Below are positions 1-14,446 of a stretch of 64,000 bases of DNA, one piece after another. The position numbers and the translations under genes are program-made. Position 1 is the first letter of the stretch. Every line of letters begins with the position of its first letter. The stretch is from the human T2T-CHM13v2.0 reference genome, Homo sapiens. Below the pieces are notes generated by a model, which saw only the letters and a program-made list of their open reading frames with translations, was not told the DNA's origin and did no database searches. The DNA is taken from the NCBI RefSeq assembly GCF_009914755.1, contig NC_060936.1; one strand, given 5' to 3'.

Positions 1-2299
1 GACTTCACTTTCTGGGGCTTGGCATCTGATGACCTCTGTATACATGCTGTGCCTCCTGTTCTTTATGTGGCCACTTCACTTTGTCCTTTGGGTTTCAGCT
101 TAAAAGTAGAGTCAACTAGAAATCTTCATTACCATGCTGAGACTAGTTAGGATGCCCCTGGCTCATCAGCTGTAATGCCTCTGTCAAAGCTCCACTCAAA
201 CATGCTAGAACCATCGCCTTCCCCTCCTCAACTGTAAACCACAGAAATGCAGAGGCCCTGTCTGTTTTGTTCATCAGATCCTCCGGAGCATAGCTTACTG
301 CCCAACAGATGCTGGGTGGTAAATAAATGTGGAATATGTGCCTGTGTGTGTGCAGCTCTGACCCTGTGCCTCAGAGGTCAGCTTCCAGGACTGTTGCCTC
401 AATAACACCTCTCTTCCAAGTCTGTGTCAGGGTGGGCTGGCTTCTCTCATTGTCACTTATCTATGTCAAATAATCAACATGTGTTAGAGGACTAGGGATA
501 TAGGGATCTTTCTATAAAACCCTTCCCATTAATTAAGGGACCAAGAAGTTAATGTGGATCCTTTATATGTTATGATTACTGGCTTAGTGCATCGTCTCCT
601 GAGCCAGGGCCCTTTGATTATCTTTCTTAGAGAATCTTATCCAGCCCCTATGACACAATTGCCTGCTGTATGCATGTGGGGAGATGAATCACATGGTCAT
701 CTCAACTCATTGCAGTTGGTAGTGGTTATTTTTGGTAGGGATTGGAGGCCGACATGTCATCTTCCCAGTTCTTTTTCACTTTTATCTTTCCCAGAAAGTG
801 TGCCCTTATGCTTTGAGTGGCAAAATTATATACCACACATTCTGATAGATCTGGTTCTGGGTAGGAAATTAATTTGATCTCTGTTGAAATTGATTTTACT
901 GTCAGAGTCTGCTATTGAAGAGGGGGATTATATATAGTTAGTGCTTCATAGGAAGACCTGTACTCATAATACTGCTGAAAGATCTGTGATACTTACAGGT
1001 TTCTTAAAATCAGAACAGTTGTCTCAAAAATAAGAAAATAGGTAATTTTCACTTGACTTTTATGACAAAGTAATTGTATAGTTATTTAAAAACGACTTTA
1101 GATTTTTCTGAGCCAGCAGTCCGAATTTCAGATAATGTATTCAAGATAAAAAAAGAAAAGCTCAGTCCAGACATCCAGAGAGGAGCGGTGTTGGGCTGAA
1201 TCTTAAGTAGGACATGGACACTTCTTCCATTTATAAAAGGAAGAAAGGGCTAGAGTCGGGCAGTACATGTACCTTGATAGTTTGGCTGGAATTGGAGGGA
1301 GTTCTCTGATGGGTTCTCCCTTTTCTGTGTGGCATTTGGTTTGAAGAGCAGAGCTAGCTGCAGGTCAGACATAGATTGAACATGGGGAAGGGGGCAATAG
1401 CCACATAGCAAGTTGGGGTGAGGTCACACAAGCATTCCTGAGGCTTGGAAGACCCAGCTGAGGGTATCACTGTGAAGACCTTGGTGGTCTATGATTCTGT
1501 TAGCATGTGAAGGTAGAGATTTGGATTGGGATAGGGGATGATTTCCTTTAGAAGGAAGGCCCGTTTGTCCTTTGACGATTCTCATTTGGCAAAAACTCAG
1601 TTTTGCAGAAACTTAGCTATCTGCCTTCCCCATGCAGCCCCTGAGGAACTGAGCCCTGGGCCAAATCCATGCCCACCCTCGATGCTGCTGGCAGTCTCCC
1701 TACGTTTCTTGGGTCATGCCACTCTCCCACCCTCCAGACAACCATCTCACACCACCTCTGTTCTCCTCAAACCTCCAGGCTCCCCATTGCCCTCTCCTTC
1801 TCAGCAGATGGCCTTGCTTCCTGCTTCCCAGCAGCCAGGGACTGTCAGTTTCTACTTAAACACACACACCACTTCCTACCTTCGCCTGTTCATAGAGGCC
1901 CGTCCTTCTCCTCTCCAGAGCTCATTCCTCTCGTGGAGCTTTGGATCCTGTCTCCATTGGCCCTTTCTGTTATTTCTTTTCTCTCCCATAGTTTAGTGGA
2001 ATTCCTCTCATTTTTATTTCTTCCCTGAACTTTTCCTTGAAGTCTAACATGCAGATTATAAATAGGGCTGTAGTGTAATGAATTTTCACAGCTATGAGTT
2101 GAGCACACCTGTGTGCCCCAGTGCCCAGATAAAGACAGCACATGACAACGATCCCTAGAAATTCCCTCGTGCATCTTTCTAGTCATTAGCCCCTCTGTCT
2201 GCTCTGTTGTGTAACAGCATCAGTTGATTTGCTTGTTTTTCAACTTTATGTAAGTGGAATCATTCAGTATGTGCTCTTCTACTTGGCTTCTTTCAAACT

Positions 2300-4460
2300 C
2301 AGTCATTAAATGTTGGTCTCCTGTAGCTTAGTCCCAGGGCCCTCTTCCCTTTTCACCCTTTGTTGGTAGGCAGTCTTATTCCCTCCCCCTGTTTAAGTTA
2401 CCATCTAAATGTTAACGGCTCACACATGTATACCTTATAAAGTCCTGATCTCTTATCTCAGTGCCAGTTCCATCCATCTAGCTGCTGTCCTTGACATCGA
2501 CTTTTGGATATCATGAGCATGTCTAAAATGGAAATCACAATCTTTGTCTTCAAACCTTGGTCTTTCTAAAGTTTTCTGTCTTACTGAATGGCTCCATCTC
2601 CATCCAGTTATTCAAATAAAAGACCTGGGGGTCATCCTTGGCATTTCCTTGTCCCTCACCCATTGTATTGAATCTGTCACCAAGTCTGATACATTTTTCT
2701 CTCATCTCCACCATTGCTTTAGTCCAGATTATGATCATTGTTTCCAACCCAAATGACTAAGATGATCCCCTACCATGTTTACCCCTAAATGCTCTTGCTT
2801 TCTACCCATCCTTTAATTTCTGTACTTTAGCTACAGTTTTCTATTTAAAATGGAAATCTGATGTTACTACCAAATTTTAAAACAAAAGCTAACCGCTCTG
2901 GAGGCTTCCACTGCTACTAAGATAAAGATCACGATGCCTAGCTTCTACCCTCTCATCTGGCACTGAGCGTCTCCAGCCCCGCTGGCCCTGTTCTGTCCCG
3001 TGCTTGCCTCCTGCCCCTCACCATGGTCCTCCACGCATGCCTTTCCCTCGGGTCATGTATCTTCTCTTCACCCTGCAGAGGCCTCCTCTAGATCTGAGGT
3101 CAGCCATCAGTTCAAAGTGGTCTCCCCTGACCTCTGACCCCTGACCAGGTCAGCCTCACTTCCAGCCCAGCCTGAGGTGCTCAGAGCACTGTGCAGGGCT
3201 GCTTTGGAGCATTTCACATAGATTTATTTGACATTTCTTTGTGGACACCTTGATGAACATTGTCTCCCCACTAGACTGCAGCTTGCACTCGGAAAGGGAC
3301 TGGCTATGATTCTGCACTGCTGAAGGCACAGAAGCTGACATAGGTTAGACACTCAGTAAACATTTGGTGCTTGAATGACTTTGGAAGACAAAGAGATGAA
3401 GGAGTTTTAGAGATTCACAAATTTCATAAATTCTCTGCAGTTTCTGCTGATCAAGGAGCTTGCATTCAAGAGAGCAGGGAGAGGAGCACAACAAAGGAAG
3501 CATGTGCAAAAATGAGCACAATAATTCCAGGCAGTAAGTGGTAATGTTCTGTACAGAAGTTAAATTAAGCAGAAAGAGGTGGTCAGAAAGGTGTGAGGGC
3601 AGAGAGGTAAGTCAGCTGAAACTGACAAGCCCGGGAGCCGCTTTCTAGGAAGACAACGCATGTGCTGAGGCCTGGGTGTTGAGCAGATGCCAGCTCCCTG
3701 AGGACCAGGAAGAAACTGGGCAGGGGGCTCATGTGAAGGTACTGAGGGCACATGAGGCTGGCAAGCTTGAAGACTAGAAAGGAGATGAGGGAGGCTGGTG
3801 TGTGGTTTGCAGAGAGTGCAGGAGGTGAGGTTGGAAGGAGGCGGTGGCTGGGCCACCTCCAGCTTGTGAGCCAGTGAGAGGATGTGTGTTCTAAAGAGCA
3901 ATGGAAGGATTAAGCAGGGCAGTGACGTTCTCTAACTTACATTTTTAAAAGATAAGGGTGACTACTGGTAGAGGTCCAGTTGTGGAGGAGCAAGAATGAA
4001 AGCCAGAGAGACCTGTGGTTGAGAGGCTGTTGAAATAGTGCAGGCAGGAGGTGACCGTGGCCTGGATAGGGTGGAGCTTGTAGTGGCCATGGAGAGATGC
4101 AAGGGCAGGGCTGGGTTATGTTGTGGAGAGGAGGTAGAGTGTGCAGTGATTTGCACTGGTGGGGCTGGAGGAAAGCAGAATTAAGGACAATGCATCTGGA
4201 TGGATGTTGGTGTGCTTGACAGAGATGGGGAAGAATGAGGAAGGAACAGTTTGAGGGGAGATTTGGTTTGGAAATGTGGTTGTAGTGCCTTTCAGCAGAG
4301 ATTATGGAGCAGTCCAGGGCTAGAGATAAAAATGGGAGCCAACATCTAAAGAGTATTTTAGATCACGTGACTGGTGAGATTACTTAGAGGGTATAGATTC
4401 AGAAAAGAAATGGTCCCAAGCAGGAGCCCTGAAGCACCCCAGGATTTAGAAGTTGAACAG
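2300..4460. mobile_element. Cluster of degenerate L2 (LINE2) fragments in both orientations
   Basis: L2-like motifs such as 'ctagactgcagcttgc...cactcagtaaacatttggtgcttgaatga' and 'ttttaaaagataa...gagaggctgttgaaatagtgcaggcaggaggtga'; boundaries approximate. Confidence 0.55.
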
Positions 4461-4869
4461 AAGAGAGGTCAGCAGTAAAAGGAACAAGGAGTGGCTAGTG
4501 AGGGGCAGGGACGGGCCAGCTAAGAAAGCAGGTGTTTCCAGCCCTGTCTTGGGGCCCTGTCCTGACAGAGGCAGGACATGTTGGGAAAGAAACATGTTTT
4601 CAGTGGCATGTTGGGAAAGAAACCCGCCTGCAGGGGTGGGGCTGTGGTATCCAAAACAATTTTAAGAAGGAAGATACTAGAACATGTTTGTATGAGAATG
4701 GACCTATAGCTAGGATGGAATTGACAGTGGCAATGAGAGGGAGTACTTACAGGATTCCATTTGGAGAAGGCCCAGGAAGTGCACTCATGGGCACAAGTGG
4801 AAGGGCTGGTCTTTCCTAGGAACAGGGCACCCCCTGTTGGAGTAGAAGGTGTGAATGCAGGTGGCCTAG

Positions 4870-5211
<342 letters not shown>

Positions 5212-6094
5212 TGCTTCTATTTTCTTAATCAGAAACAGGCTCTTGGCAGGTTATCAGCCACGAGTGAGGGAGTCAGAGGGAAGATGGGAGATTTGAAGAG
5301 AAAGGAGAATGATGAAGTAGCAATTTAAAGTATTGGGAAAATGTGTGTACTGAAGACTTTTGGAGGAATTTAGGGGCACTCCAGTGCCCATTTGAGATGT
5401 GTGGTCGTGAGTTAAATAAACCTGGCATTATTCAGCCACTTGGGTGCGTGTATGGATAGATGGAGAGTTGGGTTTGAATAAGGTGCGGTGTCACTGAGAG
5501 TAGGTGGGGCCAGAGAGTTCTGGTGAGCGCAGAGAGAAGCTGTGGACAACAGACAGGGAACAAAGGGTCAGGCCACTGGGTGCAAGCCTACTGCATGAAG
5601 TTCCTGGAGCCAGTTAACTGGAAGGGGAGGGAGCACCCGGTGTCCAAGAATGGGTTGCTTAACACAGATTTGGGAGGGAGCACAGTTTCTGGGGGTGATA
5701 GAGCTAGAGTGTGGCCATGGAAACAGTGATGATGACAGAAGAGAGAGGTGAACCTGGGTGGAGGGAGGGCATAAGGAACCCAAGCCAGCATGGAAGCCAG
5801 GAAGTAAAGACAAACAGGGCCACATTAGTAGGACAAAGATTGAAAGAGGACTGGAGGTCCTGAGGGAGCAAAGAAAAGGTTCCATAGGATTAACAGAGCA
5901 GAAAGCTGGAACAGGATGTTTTGGTTAAAGGCTAGAGTTTCACTCAAGATGGACAGATTGCTTACAGACTTCTGGACTTGCATAGGTTGGTGTTGTCAGT
6001 GGAGGCGGAGGCAATGTTTATTTAGCTTTGTAATTTAGAACACTGTTGTATTCTTTCTTACGGCTTTAGATTGTCATACAGGGATTTTCTAAGC

Positions 6095-6628
6095 CAGGGG
6101 TCCCCAACCTGTGGGCCACAGATGGGTACCAGTCCATGGCCTGTTAGGAACCAAGGCCACACAGCATGAGGTGAGTGGTGGGAAGAAAGCCAGTGAAGCT
6201 TCATCTATTTATAGCTGCTCCCCATTGCTTGCATTACCTCCTGAGCTCCACCTCCTTTCAGATCAGCGGCGGCATTAGATTCTCGTAGGGGCGTGAACCC
6301 TGTTGTAAACTGTACACGCAAGGGATCTAGGTTGCACGCTCCTTATGCGAATCTAATGCCTGATGATCTGTTACTGTCTCCCAACACCTCCAGATGGGAC
6401 CACCTAGTTGCAGGAAAACAAGCTCAGGGCTCCCACTGATTCTACATTATGGTAAGTTGTATAATTATTTCATTATATATTACAATGTAATAATAATAGA
6501 AATAAAGTGCACAATTTAAGTGTAATGCACTTGAATCATCCCAAAAACCATCACCCCTGCCCCCAGTCTGTGGAAAAATTGTCTTCCACAAAACTGGTCC
6601 CTGCTGCCAAAAAGGTTGGGGACCACTG
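6095..6628 (+). mobile_element. MER1A-type hAT-Charlie non-autonomous DNA transposon
   Basis: TIRs caggggtccccaacc / ggttggggaccactg, ~530 bp, perfect 8-bp TSD TTCTAAGC (6087-6094 and 6629-6636). Confidence 0.9.
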
Positions 6629-6998
6629 TTCTAAGCAAAGGCTTCCTGGCTTCCATTTTATTATGGAAAATTTCAAATGAACTCAAAAGTAGAGAAAAAA
6701 ACAAAATGTACTCCTATGGGCCTGTCACCACACGAGTTGAACCCAGGTTAAGAAACCGTGAGCTTTTTGCTGTTCTTATTTTGTCTACCCTCTCTACTTT
6801 TTTGTTCACACAAGAAGCCAGTTTATTACTTGAGTTGGGTTTTGTTGAATGACCACAGGTCACATACTCGGTGCTGGCAGTCTTACCATAACATGCAGTC
6901 AGCATTTTTGAAAACAATGTAAATATATAATACAGTTGTCTATCTTTTAGTTTCCAAAGTTTGTTACTTCACATTTTGACTGGATGATAATTTATAGA

Positions 6999-6999
<1 letters not shown>

Positions 7000-7041
<42 letters not shown>
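7000..7041. repeat. (TG)~20 microsatellite
   Basis: Uninterrupted gt repeat. Confidence 0.98.
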
Positions 7042-7043
<2 letters not shown>

Positions 7044-9209
7044 AGATAGGCCAGCATGTCTGTATTATCCTCATTATATAAAAAGAAAACAGATGCAAAG
7101 TAGTGTTAGGTGACATGTTGGCCTGAAGTTCCAAGATTAAGTGGGAATACATTTTAAAGTTCCCTCTTTGCTGTTCCCTTCTCTTGGGAATGTTCTTCAT
7201 TCATACAGCATCTGCCCTCCATCTCACATCCCCCGTCTTTCTAAAGGCATCACTGGCCCATCCCTACAACAAGCTGTCTCCATGCCAGCCCCAAGTGCTA
7301 GTAAGACATTGTCCTATACCTCCCTGGTACTGGGCTCTGCACCAGTGTGCCCTTCTGCGTACTCTTTTCTTCACCAGCCTGGCAGTGGGATGTTAGTTGC
7401 TGGGCGGCGCTATTCTCTTCCTCAGTTGGTGGTGACAGCTGGGTCCCTGTGCCTCTGCAGTTCTTGCACGGAGGTCATAGCCTTGCGCAGAGCAACACAG
7501 ACGAGGCACTTGGCCTCCTGCTTAGTAGTCGGCATCTGCTGGCTGAACACTGTGGACATAATCTGATGTCAAGGCTGAATGGCTGCTAATTCCTTTAGGA
7601 GTGTAACTGGATTTTTCTCTCCTGCCCAGTCAAGGTGATTAGTCTTTATTTCATATCCAGCCTGTGTTGAATATAATCCAGTTCATAGTCCACTTTGTGG
7701 AACATCGATTGTAGCTTACCAACCTCTACCTCCATGTAAATAGTTGGCATTCCTCTGATGCTCTGGTCATCCCATTAGGGCTGCTGCAACCAACTCCTGC
7801 AGCCTCGGCCCTATGCTGGAGTGGTAGTCTCCCCTTCATGCAGCGGGTTCGCCTCTTCTGCCGCTAGAGTGAGGAACTTTTGGTCTGAACAGCCTTCAAG
7901 GGAAACCAGCTTCATTCTCCCAGCCTGTTAGTCCTGTACCCCCGTCTTCAGGTTCCCCTTTCTTATGCCGTGACCCAGAGCACGTGTTCTCTCAGGATAT
8001 GGTTCTTGTATTTAAGACTCAGTTTTTGACTTCCTTGAATCTTAGCATCAGTTCTTTATTAGCTAGTTGCCCTCAATTTTAATTGTACTGAAATATTAGT
8101 ACTGATTCAGTATTCTGTGGTATCACAAACTACAGGGAGAGAGGAAAGGCTCCTTTTCATGAAAGGTGAGGATTTGAGGTAGATGGGCTAAATTTTAAGC
8201 TTTCGTTTTCTTGGTTTTCAACTGCACTGTCATTTTGTTGTTTGAGTTCTCCTCCAGTGTGAGTCGAGTGCACAGGATGCTGGGGGCGTTCCTGAGCTTG
8301 CAGGTGCAGGCTCTGAGTTTGTCCTTGGCAGCCTTCCTCCTCAGGTCAGAAAGAGGGACTTGCAGTCATGTGGGATGTCCCCTTGAAAGCCCCAGTAGGA
8401 CGTTGATTTTGAGACATAAGGGGGAGTCTGGAGTGAGAGATAGCCTTGGGAACGTGGTGTGTTCAGGATCTGTGAGCTCTGTGGGGTTCCATAACCTCTA
8501 TCTGCCTCTGGATTTACAGCTGCCTCTATCTGTGTGGAAGAGTTGGGTGGGGGCTGTGTTAGGCGAGTCTGTACTGGAGATCCTTGCTGTGTGTTGGCCT
8601 TTCTGTTCTTTGGTTGGTCACGTGGAAAATTTGCCGGAGTTTCTTTTATCTTTCTTTTTCCTACAGAATGCACCTTAACCCCTCTCATCCCCCCACCGTG
8701 CAGTGAGACTTACAGACAGGTCTGAGAATTTTATCTGGAAGGAATGGCAGTGCCTGATGCCTGAAGAAGAACTCTAGTGGGAGGTCATGTTGGACTCCCC
8801 TGTCAGGGACCTTGGTATTGAACTGTTGCCCTTCTGAGCAGAGTTGGACTCTCCTGAGGCTAGGCTGGCGGAGTACCCTAACCCTGGCAGCTTGATTCCT
8901 GGAGGGGGCTCTGGAAGACACCCCTGCTGGGGTTAGCTTGCCAGGCAAAAGAGCAGAGCGCAGTGCTGCTGCCTTTGTCTTTTGCTTGTCGCTGCCCTGC
9001 AGCCACTGCCTTCGCCTGCAGCCACTGCCTTTGCCTGCTGTCCAGAGGCCTCTTCCTGTGTTCATTCTCCTGTGCTCAGGATTGACTGGGGAAATGAGAG
9101 CCGTTTCGGGGATTATATTCGTTTCAGTCACAGTTGCCCCTCTATGCGGTGGTCCTGGGATTAGTTTGCCATTGCCAGAAGAGCAGGAAAGGAATATCTT
9201 AGCATTCAC

Positions 9210-11790
<2,581 letters not shown>

Positions 11791-12896
11791 AACACCCATG
11801 CATGTTCTCTTTGTATGGAACATATTAAAAGTGTTACTTTAAGAAGACCTATTGATTTCATTTAGTTAATTTTAAAGTATCATAGCGTATAGAGTAAAAG
11901 AAATGAAAAGATTGCTAAAACATAGTCCTAAACCTTAAAAGATTTCAGAGTGAATATTTTGAGATTTATTTTCTTCTTTTATCTCCTCCTTATTCTATTT
12001 GTGGTGTATTTTGTCCCCTGTAGGCTATCAAAGACTGGAAATAAGGCACTAAGAAATGTACCTTTATCTGCTCCACCAGAATGAAGCAGGATATGTGTGT
12101 GGGTGCCAGAGGGTGTCCTGAAGTACTCTATAGATTTTCAGAAAATATTCATTGAACACCTCTCATTGCCAGGTTATAACAGAGAGCAACGCACACAGTT
12201 CCTCCTTCATGGCACTTACATCCTAGTACAGGAGACAGGTTAAAAACCAGGGAACCAATACGATAATTACAAGTCCTGTGGGCTTTAAAGGAATCAAAGG
12301 AGATGAAAACAGAGTCTAGCCGGGGGGCCTCTTTAGGTAGGGGAGGGGCAGCTGACCCACAAAGCTCTGCACAAAGTAGGGGAGGGAGTGGCTTAAGTGC
12401 TGGGAACAGCATGTACAAAGGCCCTGAGGCAGGAAACGCTTAGGGTGTTTGAGAGCTGAAAAAGAAAGCCAGAGGCAGGAAGCACAGGGAGTGAGGTGGG
12501 GAGAGGGGCAGGTCAGGTGTTTGAGTTAAGGATTGGGATTTTATTTTAAGTACATCAGGAAATCATTGAGGACAAGTAGGAGAATGACATTTGATACCAA
12601 CACATCATGTACTTATTCTTTCTATAGATTAGAAGGCAAGTCAAATACGATGTTTTATCTCCAAAGGCAGCAATGTTGTACCTTCTGAAGTTCAAAGTGG
12701 AGATCGTTTTCATTGTTGTTCCTTTTTACAGGACAGCTGGTTTTCATACTCACATGTAGGTCTTTTTGAGGATTTCTTTTCTCTTTCAATAATGTTCCCC
12801 TTGATGTTGCTCAGATAATTACAATGAGTTATTGTAATTGGATTATATACTTGAGCTGTAAACAGGAGCATGATATCTACAAATTCTCTCCTTCAG

Positions 12897-12957
12897 ACCT
12901 GCAAATCCAAGAGACACATCTTTGGAAGATAAGAGAGCTTCTTCAAGACCAAAAAAG
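12897..12957 (+). other. ZNF664: Predicted 61-nt 5'UTR exon of ZNF664
   Basis: Acceptor ttctctccttcAG (AG 12895-12896) and donor AAG|GTTTGT at 12958, followed by a 104-nt intron to the next acceptor. Confidence 0.65.
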
Positions 12958-13157
12958 GTTTGTGTTACTGCTGTCACATTTATATAAAATTAATTTTGGA
13001 ATCAATAGCAGTTTTCCAGATAAAAGCATTTTCAATTTATTTATTTATGTTTCTATTACAGGAGACGGCATGATACCCATGTAGGGAATTCCCCAAAGCA
13101 GGGCTTGCCATACCTGGACCCCGAGGAGCCTGCTTGCTGGAAAGGCTTTCCTGTCTG

Positions 13158-13367
13158 ATGTGCAGGAGGCAGAATGCCAAACTGACTCTTCAAGGGGCAA
13201 CTGCAGGGGCTCGAGACCAGCCAGCAGTATCTCATCCTTCGATACAGGGGATATACTGTACAGTCCTTTTTCTAGAAGTGAGACATACAAGATTACTCTA
13301 CAAGAGGAAGATTCCAGGGGCTCAAAAACGCAAAGGTTTGCACTTTGAGAGCCCCTTGGAATGTTGA
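13158..13367 (+). other. 69-aa upstream ORF in the ZNF664 5'UTR (one of 10 uATGs)
   Basis: ATG at 13158 to TGA ending at 13367, encoding MCRRQNAKLTLQG...ESPLEC. Translation not demonstrated. Confidence 0.4.
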
Positions 13368-13660
13368 CAACTCAGGATCTAAAACAAAGTTCTGTGTTAA
13401 TGAGTTACAGAATTCACGTGGAAGTCAATGTCACTTTATAATCGATAATAATACTGAGTGAGGAACACTATGCAGGAAGAAACCTTCCGTAGAAAGACAG
13501 GCAGGGAAAAGCTTAGGCTGACCTTAAACTTACCTAATAGAGCAAGCCTGAGATAGACTGCCAAAATGGCCAAATAAGAGACTCTATGAAATAACAGTCT
13601 TGTAACTGTAGTAATCATAAGGAAATTTTCTCCTTGAAATCACGATACCAAATAGGAAAA

Positions 13661-14446
13661 ATGATCTACAAGTGCCCCATGTGTAGGGAATTTTTCTCTG
13701 AGAGAGCAGATCTTTTTATGCATCAGAAAATTCACACAGCTGAGAAGCCCCATAAATGTGACAAGTGTGATAAGGGTTTCTTTCATATATCAGAACTTCA
13801 TATTCATTGGAGAGACCATACAGGAGAGAAGGTCTATAAATGTGATGATTGTGGTAAGGATTTTAGCACTACAACAAAACTTAATAGACATAAGAAAATC
13901 CACACAGTGGAGAAGCCCTATAAATGTTACGAGTGTGGCAAAGCCTTCAATTGGAGCTCCCATCTTCAAATTCATATGAGAGTTCATACAGGTGAGAAAC
14001 CGTATGTCTGTAGTGAGTGTGGAAGGGGCTTTAGTAATAGTTCAAACCTTTGCATGCATCAGAGAGTCCACACCGGAGAGAAGCCCTTTAAATGTGAAGA
14101 GTGTGGGAAGGCCTTCAGGCACACCTCCAGCCTCTGCATGCATCAAAGAGTCCACACAGGAGAGAAACCCTATAAATGTTATGAGTGTGGGAAGGCGTTC
14201 AGTCAGAGTTCGAGCCTCTGCATCCACCAGAGAGTCCACACTGGAGAGAAACCCTATAGATGTTGTGGATGTGGGAAGGCCTTCAGTCAGAGTTCGAGCC
14301 TGTGCATCCACCAGAGAGTCCACACAGGAGAGAAACCTTTCAAATGTGATGAGTGCGGAAAGGCCTTCAGTCAGAGTACGAGCCTCTGCATCCACCAGAG
14401 AGTCCACACAAAGGAGAGAAACCATCTCAAAATATCAGTTATATAA
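13661..14446 (+). CDS. ZNF664: Zinc finger protein 664, 261 aa, nine tandem C2H2 fingers, no effector domain
   Basis: First in-frame ATG (ggaaaaATGa, A at -3) after the in-frame stop TAA at 13592-13594. It encodes [12 protein letters not shown]...[17 protein letters not shown] with nine Cx2Cx12Hx3H units joined by TGEKP-type linkers; sequence recognised as human ZNF664. The ORF track's TTG start at 13634 is not used. Confidence 0.96.
   Translation: MIYKCPMCREFFSERADLFMHQKIHTAEKPHKCDKCDKGFFHISELHIHWRDHTGEKVYKCDDCGKDFSTTTKLNRHKKIHTVEKPYKCYECGKAFNWSSHLQIHMRVHTGEKPYVCSECGRGFSNSSNLCMHQRVHTGEKPFKCEECGKAFRHTSSLCMHQRVHTGEKPYKCYECGKAFSQSSSLCIHQRVHTGEKPYRCCGCGKAFSQSSSLCIHQRVHTGEKPFKCDECGKAFSQSTSLCIHQRVHTKERNHLKISVI

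Noticed and set aside
13634-13660. TTG-initiated 9-aa N-terminal extension in the ORF track
   Set aside because: Artefact of allowing alternative start codons; the ATG at 13661 has adequate Kozak context.
14160-14410. Regularly spaced direct repeats superficially like a CRISPR array
   Set aside because: They are coding zinc-finger repeats with no unique spacers, in a primate genome.
14042-14425. 127-aa antisense ORF with 28-aa periodicity
   Set aside because: Mirror image of the 84-bp finger repeats, not an independent gene.
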